Below, piece by piece: positions 11,549 through 23,472 of a DNA stretch of 64,000 nt. Origin of the DNA: Stylophora pistillata (lineage: Eukaryota); contig NW_019217920.1 of assembly GCF_002571385.2 (NCBI RefSeq), forward strand, positions 522,944 to 586,943. The letters are read 5' to 3'. Each line of letters begins with the position of its first letter. The first letter of the stretch is position 1. Below the pieces are notes generated by a model. It saw only the letters and a list, made by a program, of their open reading frames with translations, was not told the DNA's origin and searched no databases. The position numbers and the translations under genes are program-made.

Positions 11549-14500
11549 TGTAATTTGTGGTAATCCTAGTTGGCAGAAATTAATATTTTGCGGGCACGTA
11601 TCGGAGAATTGGGGGTGGCTGCAAGGTAGGCGGAGAGTTATGGGATCGTGGTTTGTTAGTAGAGGTCGTTAGTAGGGCAAGGCATTCTACGGTCAGCCTT
11701 CACCGTGAGTAGCTCCTCGTTTTCGTTTAGCAACAGATACGATACTTTACCACGGACGACTGCAAAGTCAGAGAGATTGTTGCCGAGAACAACGCTCAAC
11801 TCCTTTCCCAAATCAAGGATCTATTCTCGACGTCTGTCCGATTTAAAAAGATCAAGTGATTCTTAAGCTGCCGAGCAGATGTCCGAGATTAAAAGATTAA
11901 AGCGTGAAGCATCGCCGTCTTTTAAAAAGAAAAGTAACGAAGATCAGTATAAAGCAAACACAGCTGTGCTAGAAGCTGCTGAAGATGCCTCAGCTGCAGT
12001 AGAGCGAAAAGATTTGGCCAAGGCCAAGGAAGCGCTTAACAGAGGTATGACTTTGGTTAAAGAAAAGCAGAAAATGATCCTTTTTAGCAGATAAGTCACC
12101 GTTTGGGCGGAAAATCGTCCTTGAGTATAAGCATCATGACCTGGCGGACGATGAAGAAGACGAGAAAAAGATCTACAGAACAGAAGCTCGGGTAGCTAGG
12201 GCTTCGAAACGTTTCGTTACGCGTAGTTTTGGCCAACAGCGTCGCGCATCAGCACTGCCGATCGCTCGAAATTCGCAGCTTGCAGTCGGTCAGTTTCCGA
12301 ATACGTTCAGTCGACTTAACCCACAGCCTTCAGTGAATAAATCTCATGGTGTCTGTAATTCTTGCGGTAAACTAGGCCACTGGAGAGCTGCCCATCACAA
12401 TAATTTGTTCGCAAACAATTTCCCGAATCAACAGCCAAGTGACTAGCACGGACTGATGCCCAAGAGCAAGACATAGAATTGGAAGCTTTGCCACCCTTGC
12501 CCTCTGAGATATCTTTTCCAGAGGATCCACGTTGACTTACGAGTTCAAATTGAGCAATGTTCCTATTAGCCTGTGAAGCGCAAACCAACGAAAATCGTAA
12601 ATTCAGATGCTTCTGACTCAGCCTGCGGAAGTTATATTCAGTTCGAAGACAAAATTTGTCACCAAAATTGGTCAGATTTCGAGAGTTCGCAGAGCTCCAC
12701 ATTTCGTGAGCTTCTTGCCGTTTCTCTGTCTTTCAGTACAAGCGCTTCTAGATTCCCTCGGGGGATCGACAGATTGTCCTCTGGTACACAGATAATCAGA
12801 ACGTTGCCCGCATTGTAAACATTGGTTTTAAAGTTCCAGCTTTACAGAAGATGGCCCTTGATATTCATCGATACTGTCTCGCTAGAGCCATCAGTATTGA
12901 CATACAATGGATCCGTAGTGACCTCAATTTTCTGGCAGACGATCTTAGCAAGCTCGTGGGCCATGACGACCACACCATTAATGATTCGGTCTTCCTTGTT
13001 CTGGACGAACTTTGGGGTCCCCATACGCGCGATAGATTCGCCTGCCACTATAACGCGAAGCTCCCTATATTTAATACCAAAACCTATCAGCCGGGGTCCA
13101 CTGGCGTTAACGCCTTCACTCAAGACTGGTCCAGACACAACCACTGACTCTGCCCTCTTGTTTGTTTGACGTCTAGAGTTTTCAACTGACACGAAAATTT
13201 ACAGTGCTTCGGGCACTCTGGTTGTTCCAGTTTGGAAGTCGACACATTTTTGGCCCCGTTTATGTTCCAACGGCTTGCAATGGAGTGCCTATGTTCATGA
13301 CTGGGTCATACTTCCCAATCTTCCGAACTTGTTTCGTTATAGGCAAAGCTAAGAATTCAATTTTCGGTCGTGGTACGCTTGCATTCTCGTTGGCTGCTTT
13401 ACGAATTGATTTTGGCGTCAGGCACGGTTGCATTCTCGTTGGCTGCTTTACCAATTGATTTTGGCGTTCCACAAAGGCAAGGTCCGGCGCTTGTTTGCGA
13501 CGCCTTTTGTGTCCCTGTAGTTTGATATATATATGTATATATATACACATACATGTATAAAGATCTTAGTGGGTCTGCTTGTTGCATTCAGATACAGTTA
13601 AAAGTTGATTGTTGTTTTTTACACTATGGGGTAGAGGCCCTTGAGATACACCCTCAGTGGGTTTGCTTGTTGCATTCAGTTACTGTCAAAAGTCGTTGAT
13701 TTTATTTTACACTATGGAGTAGAGGCCCTTGAGATACACCCTCAGTGGGTTTGCTTGTTGCATTCAGTTACTGTCAAAAGTTGTTGATTTTATTTTACAC
13801 TATGGGGTAGAGGCCCTTGAGATGCACCATTAGTGGGTTTGCTTGTTGCATTCAGTTGCAGTTAAGGTTGTTGATTTTGTTTTACAGTATGGCCTAGAGG
13901 CCCTTGAGATGCACCTTTAGTGGGTATTATTGTATTCAGTTACAGTTAAAAGGTGTTAATTTTTGTTTTAAAGTATGCGCTAGAGGCCCTTGAGATGCAC
14001 ACTTGATGGGTCTGCCGCTTTGCAGCTTTATGAGCTTCGATTAAGGGTCCATGTTCGATGATTTTTTCGCTATGCGTAGACAAGGGTTTGTCGGTGGAAA
14101 TCTCCAACGTCACGGTCGCTGGGCTTCAGTCTCTGTCAAGAATTCTTATGTTAAAGACTCTTTAGCCAGTATATTACAGATTTCCAAATCACTGTCACTT
14201 TAGCTCAAGCCCTTTCTTTTTATCTCTACGGTGGCTTGGCTGGCCAACCCACCCAGACATCAACTCTTTGTGTATCCGGTTGAGCAGTGAAGGCAAAATA
14301 TGTAATTTGTGGTAATCCTAGTTAGCATAAATGAATATTTTTCCGGCACTTATCGGAAGATTGGGGGTGGCTGCAAGGTACGTGGAGAGACAATACTTTA
14401 TTCAAGAAAAGAAAATCAAAAATTCCAAAAAAAAACCTCTCAAAAGGGGATATCTAGAGGTTAACTCTATATAAAAGATTCCCCGAAATAAAAAAGTGAA

Positions 14501-15031
14501 AAGGTAAACCAAAACATTATATACAGATAATTAAAAACTATTTACCATCTTCTCAATCAATATTCATGCAAATCCTTAATCTGTTACGAAATAAGTCAAT
14601 GAACTTGCGTGTATAATATCTTTTGGCAAATTATTATTATTAGTTATGGGATTGTGGTTTGTAAGTAGAGGTCGTTAGTAGGGCAAGGCATTCTACGGTC
14701 AGCCTTCACCGTGTGTAGCTCTTCGTTTTCGTTTTAGTCTTTAGTATATATTTAGAGCGGTACTTGCATAGTACCTTAAGTAACTACGTAAAAATGTCAT
14801 TCATAGGATACCTTAAAACCCCAAGGGTAGCACCGCTGCCTTGGTCGGGGGTACACGTTCTCCGTTTTTTCCACCTGCTGGTTTTTAGGGGTTTTCGTGT
14901 CCGGCTTTGGTGCATTTATTTTACTTCAATTGTAAAAGACTTGTGTTAGCATATCGATTTGGCCTAAATACATGTAAACGGTGGCTTGGCTGGCCAACCC
15001 GCCCAGATATAGACTCTTTGTGTGTCTAGTT
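11549..15031 (+). mobile_element. Degenerate tyrosine-recombinase retrotransposon (DIRS order, Ngaro/PAT-type split direct repeats)
   Basis: Gag-like region with a CxxCxxxxH knuckle near 12350. RNase H (DASDSACG..SSTFRELLAV), methyltransferase-like region (DRFACHYNAKLPIFN..VNAFTQDWS) and YR tail (RHGRWAS..KNSYVKDS). Repeat order is A1 11549-11730, B1 14228-14281, A2 14301-14735, B2 14978-15031. RT and most of YR appear deleted. Confidence 0.85.
13560..14015. repeat. ~88-bp tandem repeat, about 5 units, inside the DIRS element
   Basis: acactatgg..tagaggcccttgagat..agtgggtttgcttgttgcattcagtt recurs at 13621, 13709, 13797, 13884 and ~13970. Confidence 0.9.
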
Positions 15032-15382
15032 AATTATCGATTGAATCACTGGTACAAAACTGTTGGAACTGATCATTTATCCCAGTTTCCTAACAACACT
15101 TGACCCAACCCGGTGATGTGTCATTCGTGTCGCAAAAGATGCGTGCGTGCAGGTGTAAATAACAGAAGTGTAGATCGGCGTATAATGGGAAACAGCTATT
15201 AAAATCAAGTCTGCACGAAAGAGCTTGGGATTTTAGTAAATCACAAATAAGTAATGTCAATCTTAGTTTTACGGAGTTTAAGCGTGTATTTCCGTTGTAA
15301 TAGCAGATAAACAGAGACGCTATCTTGTGACAGAAGATCGAGATTGATTGAATGTAAGAAATATACAATTTGAACTAAGCTT

Positions 15383-15415
<33 letters not shown>

Positions 15416-15889
15416 TTTTTCGCATTTTTATGGACCTTGACTTCGTCTCGGTCCATAAAAATGCGAAAAAAGAACGAGGCGCATGTCCAGCTATCTTGAC
15501 CAAAAAAGTTTGGTTAATAATGAATTTATTATATTGCGAGAAGATTTCGCTTTATTAAGAATTAAGAATGACTTGTTTACTTCGAGAGCTGGGAGAGAGA
15601 GTCAACTGTGTTTGTGGCACATCAAACTCACGAGAGTCATTTCTGTTTTCTTTGTTTTGACCATCTTCTGCCGCTTTTTGCGTTTCCATCTCCAAAATTG
15701 TCCAAGAATTACGAACGTAGTTTTGATTCTATTTTTTTCATGCGCGGGATCAATGCAGGCAATCCCAAGCGTGCAAGATAGGCCCATCTTTGCCCGCTCG
15801 GGTAGCCAATCAGAACATAGGATTCGCTTCATCTTGGGTTGGCGCTGCGAGCAATGTAATAAGCTTGGATATTGTATGGATCATAAATA

Positions 15890-16500
15890 AACGCAAGAAA
15901 TTGGAAAGATACAGTCCTATTCATTGTCGAACCAGCGCTCCGCAGAGATTTTCCTTAACACAGTGGAGAATTCTGCCACAGGCAATGTTTCACCCGAGTC
16001 AACCTTTTCTTGAGACGAGCGATAGAGTAATAGGAAACCCTCGAGAGGTGATATTCGAAAAAGCATCCCTTATTGACCATTCCAGGGGTTAAACCAGATT
16101 GATGTAGGTTTGATTTCAACATCCGGTTAGCTCTGAACCTCTCTGTTTCGGCATGACCATAAAAACAACCTAGGCAACCGCTGCAAGCAAACGCCGGACG
16201 GTAACTCTAGAACGTTACAGGAGTTGTGCGTCCAAGCATTCAAGATTTTAGGTATTGAGAATTTGCCCTCACTTATTTGCAATTTCTCCTCCAATAGCTT
16301 TTTTCGGTCTTTGGCAGAAGAGGCGAGTTTAATCTGCTTCGTTATTGCAGCTTTCTTGTATAAATCGAACAGTTTTTCTGCTTTCTTTCCTTTGACGACA
16401 TCACTTAACTGAATGCCTCTCTCCCACAAATAATTTTTCACTATCCTTTTCCGAATTTCGAGAAAGTATCGCTCATTTTCATTACCACGGTCCTTTATTC
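15890..16500 (-). pseudogene. Degenerate ORF remnant, probably DNA-transposon derived; duplicated at 34545-35155, partial at ~39500-39660
   Basis: KNYLWERGIQLSDVVKGKKAEKLFDL..EEKLQISEGK..AWTHN is a SAP-like N-terminus reminiscent of ISL2EU/YqaJ-type transposon ORFs. No intact frame. Confidence 0.35.
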
Positions 16501-17113
16501 TTTAAACTGATGCGAACGGCCCCGGTCTTAGCCTCGTTCTCTCGCCGTAATTTCGACACTAGATCACTAAACCGGAAGTGCCCTATAAGGAGGTCAGACA
16601 TTTATAATAGTAGTGACGTTTTCCATACGGGAACGCGAACTTAAACCGAAATCGAAACCTTGCCTCCAGTGACAATACATTCACCCTTCCGAGTTGGAGC
16701 TGATCAACTTTAATTATCTTTTAAATCACCAGCACAAAACTATTGCAATGAATTAGTTATCCAAACGAACTATTTGACACTCTTAGTCTAACTAGTTGGG
16801 TGACATTTTTCACTTAACATAAAAGCGAAATCGATATGTTATCAATGCGTTGGATTGTTTGACTATTTTCATGATTTGTTAGTGTTTCGCGGAAACCTTC
16901 GCTAACAATATAATATTCAAACTGTGGTTTGAAAAACAGTACAGTACACACAAGATATAAAGTACAGAGTACATACAAGATATAGAGTACATACTACATA
17001 TAAGATATTGAGTGCAACCATAGAGTTTCGTATTGATCCTTAGTCTCTGGAGGTTTTTGGAGAAGTGAATATGCTAATGCGCTCTGTTTCCTTACAGTCT
17101 CAGTTAATTTTGT

Positions 17114-17657
17114 CTAATTCTTCGATGCTTGGTCATGGGCCCATTGTTCACATCTTATCGCGCTTGAGTTTCCATTGTCCTTAAGCAGTCCAACAAGTCT
17201 ATTCCTCAGGGAACTCGACGATTCGTTGGAATCGGAAGCAGACCTCGCTCTGTCTGCAATACTCTGGCAATTTCTTTCGGCTTTGTAATGCTTCTCGTGT
17301 GAATCAGCCACCCGACTGTAACATTGTTTGATAACAAATGCAGCAAAGCCGAGGGCGAAGATCGCTATGACAGTAATCCTTGACTTAGGATCGTCTACCT
17401 GCGGCATTTTCCAGCCGAGAGCTTTATAGCCTGCCGATAACCCACCTACGACAAGAAGTAGAACAACTATGAAAGACTTCCAGCTCCCGTAGTATTCTGC
17501 ACACAAATTGTGAGCACGGGATTGTACCACCATTTCATTTTGCAGTCCACGGATGTCATTCTTTACCCTTTCCTGTTCTTCCCGTTCTCGTTCTCTTTCT
17601 CTTTCTCTTTCGCGTTCTTTCCGTTTTTCTTCCTCATTTGAGCAAACAATTATCCAT
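17114..17657 (-). pseudogene. SLATT-like 2TM gene, subfamily A copy 2; +1 frameshift after codon 5, core ORF 17533-17114 (139 aa) intact
   Basis: ATG GAT AAT TGT TTG C TCA AAT GAG versus ATG GGT AAT CTT TTG TCA AAT GAG in the paralogue at 36301. The core MVVQSRAHNLCAEYYGSW..EQWAHDQASKN is uninterrupted. Confidence 0.7.
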
Positions 17658-20591
17658 CCGGTTGAGACTCAGCAGTTATAATCCAAAAATGAATCGAACA
17701 AATCTTGTTTGCTTAGGCGCGAATACTAACGAATACTTACTATTAATGTAAGCCGGAGGCTAAAAACGAACTGAAAGAAGTAAGAAGTCGGGTCACTCTG
17801 AGAGAAGTGGGCTCCAGTCCCCACATTCGGTGATATGAATGAAATCTTAAGAAACTAACATCATATAATGGCTAAGAAGTCGAATCATATTGCGAAACGA
17901 AAAGCACGTACAAATACAGCGAAATTTACACAAACGGACTTTGACGTCCTTTGTTTGTTTGGTAAACTCTTTGTTTCAAGCACAAAGAATGTCGACGCGA
18001 GCTTTCTCTCTTCAGAACACGATTCGTAACCAAATCTTATGAAACTTACATCATACGAAGGTTCGATCTTGAAGTTTATTCATCTTTTAGTTTTTATGAT
18101 GCGAAATTAAGAATGTGCGCAAACACGGCAAGATTCGGCAGAAAGCGACTTAAACGGATGGTAAATTAACGTGAATTCAGAGAAAGCCATATCGGCTGCT
18201 GCAAACAAAAGTCCACGAGGATTGGGGAAAGCTCATGGATGGAGAGAGGACAAAAAGGCAGCTGTTAAAATCCTGCGCCATAACGAAACGAAGAGTCGAA
18301 CATTTTGTCCACAATTTACCTCCATACGCACTAGCACTACATTAACGCTTCCGAGTTGGAGCTAAACAATTTTATCTTTTCTTATAAATCATCTGAATAA
18401 AACTGTTGATATTCATTAATTATCCAAAAAGAACTGTTTTACATTCTTAACTCTTTAAGGGTGAGAAGTCGTTGTCAGTGGAGATAGAACTTTTTTTTTA
18501 CCGAGCTGTTGCTCTTTAGAAGTATAAAATAAGTCTATGAAAAACATAAGGAATTCCCTAGCTCAAGCGGTAGTTTGTTTGAAAAAAAAAAAAAAACATT
18601 TTGAACTGCCACTTTTCTCCTCGGACTCCTTGGAGGAAATTATCAGGAAAAGCAAGGTCACGGGAACTCGGGCAAAAACTTTGGACAAGCAACGCTCCTA
18701 AGGGACTCATTTGTACTTAATCGTCGTCGTAGGAGAAAGTGTTTAGTTTTGATCATGAGCCGATTATCCACGCTAATTCGTTCTCATTGATCACACCGAA
18801 ACTCAAGGTAGGTGTTTAATGATCACTTTAATGTATCACGATAATATTTAAGAACGAGTCTCTGTAATAATGAAACATCTTGGGAAATGAAAATTTTCAA
18901 CCCCCCCTTCAAATTTTGCATGCAGTTAGGAACTCAGGGGGGATGTACAAAATGCCCTTTTTAAAGGTTGCAGCACTCTTATTACCATGGTAACAATGGC
19001 TGCTTGTTTGAGGCCTGGGGCCTTATTTTCATACAAAAACATCACAAACAAGAGTAAAATGTTTATTTCTCTATCTCAAGCTAAATACAACATTATAAAT
19101 TGGTACTTCTACCATACATAGTGACATCATTCGTCTTAACTTTGATACATTCAATTTTCCCTGGGAGAGAATGTAAACACACCAATAGATTATTTATCTC
19201 GGTACAGTTTTGATCATTTTTGTTATTCGTTAAAACAGGGAAAACATTTATCTGAATTTCTCCAAAATTACATCGATTCTGGAGCTGAAACTACCCACCT
19301 AGTTGGTTCTAATATTCTTTATTTTAAATATGTAAAAATCCCTGCGGGCCGGCCTCTACTTTTCATAGGGGCAATTCACGAACGAAGCTCAAAAATCGGA
19401 TATTGCATAATTTGGCGATGTTTACATCTAATGTTCTCAAAAACAAACGTTTCAGACAAATGAAACGTGCAAGGCTTTAAAAGAATGTTATCTTGATAGG
19501 TTACCTCAAGAGGCTAGAGTCTTACGCTTCTTTCGTGCTTAGCAACCTCCCGCGTGCATCTATAACTCAAAAGTGTACGCTGTGGTGTTTACCATTTGTT
19601 AATTGTTGTTTTTTTCATAGTAGTAAAAATACAACCTCGTGTAAACGTATAAATAGAAAATGTGAGTCAAGAATGTCTGTTTTGTAGCTCCTGTAATTGA
19701 TCGTTCAAAGAAATCACTAAGGCAAGGAAAATTAAATGAAACTTTGTGACATCACAAGTTATACAGACGGGTTGCTAGGAAGGTTCAAAATAGCGGTGTC
19801 TCTGCAACAATATAAAGCCAACAACACTTAAAGGTCAGTTTTTCAAAGTTGTGTTACTCTTTAATATCTCAGATGGTGAACTCTAAAAGTATGGGATTTG
19901 TGGTGCATATTGCTTATTTATTTATTTATTTAATCAATATTTAAACAGGGACATCAGATTTAGCATAGCTAGTTTAAAGAGAGCCCTGCGAAACAAAATT
20001 TGACAGTACAAAGTTTACACATAAAATCGACAGAAAAAAAGTAAAACTCATTGAACAAAATTTATACAAATTCTACATAACTAATTAGATCTGTTTAAAA
20101 AACCGCTTACACTCAGTTTTAAAAGTTTCAAGGCTTTCCAGCGATCTTATTACTTTGCCTTGGGCAGATTATTAAAATCAGTTAATAAGTAAGAAGGTGC
20201 TAAGCCGTTTGTTTGTTTGTTTATTTATACCCCTTGCAGAAAATATGAATTACAGGTATAGTCATCAAATTGTATACATGAAAGTAAGCTTACAAAATAC
20301 AATAATAAATAATGGATTTTTAATTAATTTATACATTTTGATTTAAATGAGTGGCAAACTTGTTCGTTATAAACTTTCCCAAACGGTCAGTTTTTGTACT
20401 TTTCACTGTTGAAGAAAACCTGAGATTGTATTTGTTACTTGGTTTTAGCGAGGCGGCTTTTGACAATATTGGAAACAGGGTTTGACGGTGTCAGGGTACG
20501 TATATGCTTCTTACAAGTTTTTTCGCGCCTATCCGCAAGCGTGGCGATCCGAGATGCAGCTAAATTTGAAGACCAGCAAGCATTTAAGATA

Positions 20592-20872
20592 TAATTTGGA
20601 TATATCAACAAAGTTGAAATGTAAATTGGCTACCGTAACGATTACAAAAGCTGACGTTTCGAGCGTTAGCCCTTCGTCGGAGGGAAGGGCTAACGCTCGA
20701 AGGGCTAACGCCCGAAGGGCTAACGCTCGAAGGGCTAACACTCGAAACGTCAGCTTTTGTAATCGTTACGGTGGCCAATTTACCATTTCATTTTTGTTGA
20801 TATATCCAAATTATTTCGTTACCCCCACCGACGCAGCCCCAAACAGTTTCTATCGAAACTATCAGCCTTTAT
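20592..20872. mobile_element. Inverted pair of Penelope pseudo-LTR fragments with 4 x 15-bp internal repeat and 12-bp TSD
   Basis: The arms are reverse complements of each other and (gaagggctaacgctc)x4 lies in the centre. TSD gcatttaagata at 20580-20591 and 20873-20884. Confidence 0.8.
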
Positions 20873-20899
20873 GCATTTAAGATAGTCTCTACGAGACTG

Positions 20900-21350
20900 A
20901 AGGCTAGGCCAACCACGAATACGAACAATATCTGTTTCACTCAGATCACAGCCCTATTTAAGATGATACTCGCCGCCCGCCTATTAAGCTTATCAAAGTA
21001 CCCTTTAGATACAACCCCACAACTATCCCATACAACTGAGCTATAGTCAAAAAGGGGGAGTATCATTGCGTTGTACAAAATGATACAAGATGACTGAGGC
21101 AAGATCTTTCGTGCTCTACGCAACATTCCTATTCTAGACGGGATCTTCTTTTCCAGGTAATTAATGTGGGACTTCCAAGAAAGTGTTGGGTCCATAAATA
21201 CCCCTAGATGTTAAAACTTTTCTAATCTCTCTAAGTCACAGCCGTTAGATAATATGGAGAACGAATTAGAGGCAAGCCTTTGATGAGTACCCAAAAGCAT
21301 TATTTTAGATTTGGTAGAGTTGAGTATTAGGTAATTAGCACTAAGCGAGT
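20900..21350 (-). mobile_element. CR1/L2-group LINE RT C-terminal fragment
   Basis: LGVFMDPTLSWKSHINYL..IGMLRRARKILP..LYNAMILPLFDYSSVVWDSC. Confidence 0.75.
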
Positions 21351-21924
21351 AAAACTATCTAAATCAGCTGACAGATTGGACTCAATGATGTTAACATCAG
21401 TAGCCTTGGTACAGATTGAAAATGGAAGTCATTAATCAAACGCCATTGAAGAGAGATTCTCTCAGATTCTGGAAGTAATATACAGCTATTGATTGAAAAA
21501 TGCTTTCCATATCTATAGGGAGAATTCACCGTCAACCATGCCGACCGAAGTGTATTTTGTTCTCGCTTCGTTGCACTTTTCCTTCCGAATAAGTGGTCAG
21601 TTTTATACTTCCGGTCTCTGAAAGTGTAATTTATCTGGTGCATTTGAATTTTTAATTTTCGACGCCAATTTCAGTTCATGGCGGTTATAACTTAGATATA
21701 AAACTGCAAACTAACTGCAAACAAGAGGCTGTAATCTCTTGCTACAAATGATGATCGTTGATCGATCGAAACGCGTCTTTCGTAAAATCAAAATTGTTTT
21801 TCAAATTTTTACTTTAGTAGTTACGAGTAGGAGTTTTACATATACAGTAAGAAAAAACAATATCATATATTACAGCTCACGATTCTCCAAGTTTTTGCTG
21901 CTGATTATGTAGGTCCTTCTACTC

Positions 21925-22551
21925 TTAAACTTTACTCTCGTTTCTTTCTCTCTCTCTGTCCTCTTTAGCTTTTCGATAAGCCCATTCTTCGGTTTGTATC
22001 AGTCTGTTCACGTCTTTCTTGTTCTTGAGCAGGTCTTCGTACTTTGATGCCAGAGTTGCCCACGTTATTTTGGGATCCCAAACCTCGGTCTCCGCTATAA
22101 ACTTCACCCTCTTTTCGAGATATTGGCATTCTATTCCAGAATTAAAGTGCATCCGATTTAGATCAGCTGGCATACTCTGGATCTTCGGTAATAATTGAAC
22201 TGAAACGGAGAGGAGTGCGGAAGTGGCTGAGATCGCAGCGACGAGCGGCGCGAGGCGAGGACTATGTGAAACAAGTACTTTCCAACTAAGTGTTGATGCT
22301 AAAGCTCCGGTGGTTCCTACTGAACCTACTACAAGCGATGTGTACTGAAGCCTGATGTTCCACTTTCTGTAGTATTCCGAAGATTTGTAGTGGGCACAAG
22401 CAGTCGCGTAAAGGTTATGTTGCATTTCGCTGAGATTATTTTGTAACTTTTTCCGTTTTTGTTTCTCTTCCTCTGAAAGTCCTATTTCGCTAGGAATATG
22501 TTCTAGGTTTTTCTGTATCTGTTTCTCTTCCTTTGACACTTCTGAACCAAT
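21925..22551 (-). CDS. SLATT-like 2TM protein, subfamily B copy 1; homologous start codon is ATT (22551), first in-frame ATG at 22425 (166 aa)
   Basis: Open frame: NLYATACAHYKSSEYYRKWNIRLQY, TM1, TM2 LAPLVAAISATSALLSVSVQLL, MHFNSGIECQYLEKR, KYEDLLKNKKDVN, EEWAYRKAKE. The ORF-track start at 22587 is TTG. Confidence 0.72.
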   Translation of the reverse strand: MGSEVSKEEKQIQKNLEHIPSEIGLSEEEKQKRKKLQNNLSEMQHNLYATACAHYKSSEYYRKWNIRLQYTSLVVGSVGTTGALASTLSWKVLVSHSPRLAPLVAAISATSALLSVSVQLLPKIQSMPADLNRMHFNSGIECQYLEKRVKFIAETEVWDPKITWATLASKYEDLLKNKKDVNRLIQTEEWAYRKAKEDRERERNESKV

Positions 22552-22605
22552 ACGGTTGTCAGTAGGTAGTGCGTATCCACAGCACAAGCAAAAATACGAG
22601 TTGGA

Positions 22606-23095
22606 TCGGTCAAATTTTTGTCAAAGTGAATAGCCCACTTCACAAACACAAACAGGTTAACCCAAAGGTTCGAGGCCGCATGACGTTAGCTGTTTGAGAC
22701 AGCAATAAATCATCATGATTTTCAACGGTCAAAGTTTTTCAAAGTGAATAACCCACTTCACAAACAAAAACAGGTTAACACAAGGGTTCAAAGCCGCATG
22801 ACATCAGCTGTGTGAGACAGTAATAAATCATCATGATTTTCAATGGTCAAAGTTTTTCAAAATGAATAACCCACCTCACAAACACAAATAGGCTAACCCA
22901 AATTTAAAGGTTCGAGGCCGCATGACTTTAGCTGTTTGATACGACAATAAATTATCATAATTTCCGGTGATAAAAGTTTTTCAAAACAAGAATAACATTT
23001 CACAAACAAACACAGGCGTTCGAGGTCGCATGACGTTAGCTGTTTGATACAACAATGAATTATCATAATTTTTTACGGTCGAAGCTTTTCAAACG
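22606..23095. repeat. ~118-bp tandem repeat (4 units) upstream of SLATT B1; further units at 23325-23472 and 25398-25625, single unit at 45050-45180
   Basis: gaata(g/a)cccac..aggttcgaggccgcatgacgttagctgtttga recurs at 22628, 22746, 22864 and ~22990. Confidence 0.88.
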
Positions 23096-23472
23096 GACAG
23101 ATGTGCTACAGATATGTTCTTCAGGTCTGCAACATATTTGTGAAGTATCTGCATGACCTATCTATCTGTAACATATAGAAATTTGGTCGCAAATTTCTAT
23201 CTGTAACAGATATGACACTCACAGATATGAAAAACACCTTTCTCTTCCTTTGCCTTTGTTTAAACCCATACGGTTGCCAGTAGTAGTGCGTATCCACAGC
23301 ACAAGCAAAAATACTAGTTGGATCGGTGAAATTTTTTCAAAATGAATAGCCCACTTCACAAACACAAACAAGTTAACCCAGGGGTTCTAAGGCGCAAGAC
23401 TTCAGCTGTTTGAGACAGCAATAAATTATCGTGATTTTCAACGGTCAGAGTTTTTCAAAATGAATAACCCAC

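Noticed and set aside
13560-14015. CRISPR-like periodic repeat
   Set aside because: Whole 88-bp units repeat with no unique spacers, there are no cas genes, and it lies inside a DIRS element in eukaryotic DNA.
20482-20880. 132-aa ORF with RANAR repeats
   Set aside because: Translation of the 15-bp repeat within a Penelope pseudo-LTR insertion.
22606-23095. 118-bp periodic repeat as a CRISPR or tRNA array
   Set aside because: No unique spacers. GGTTCGA resembles a B box, but no cloverleaf is evident.
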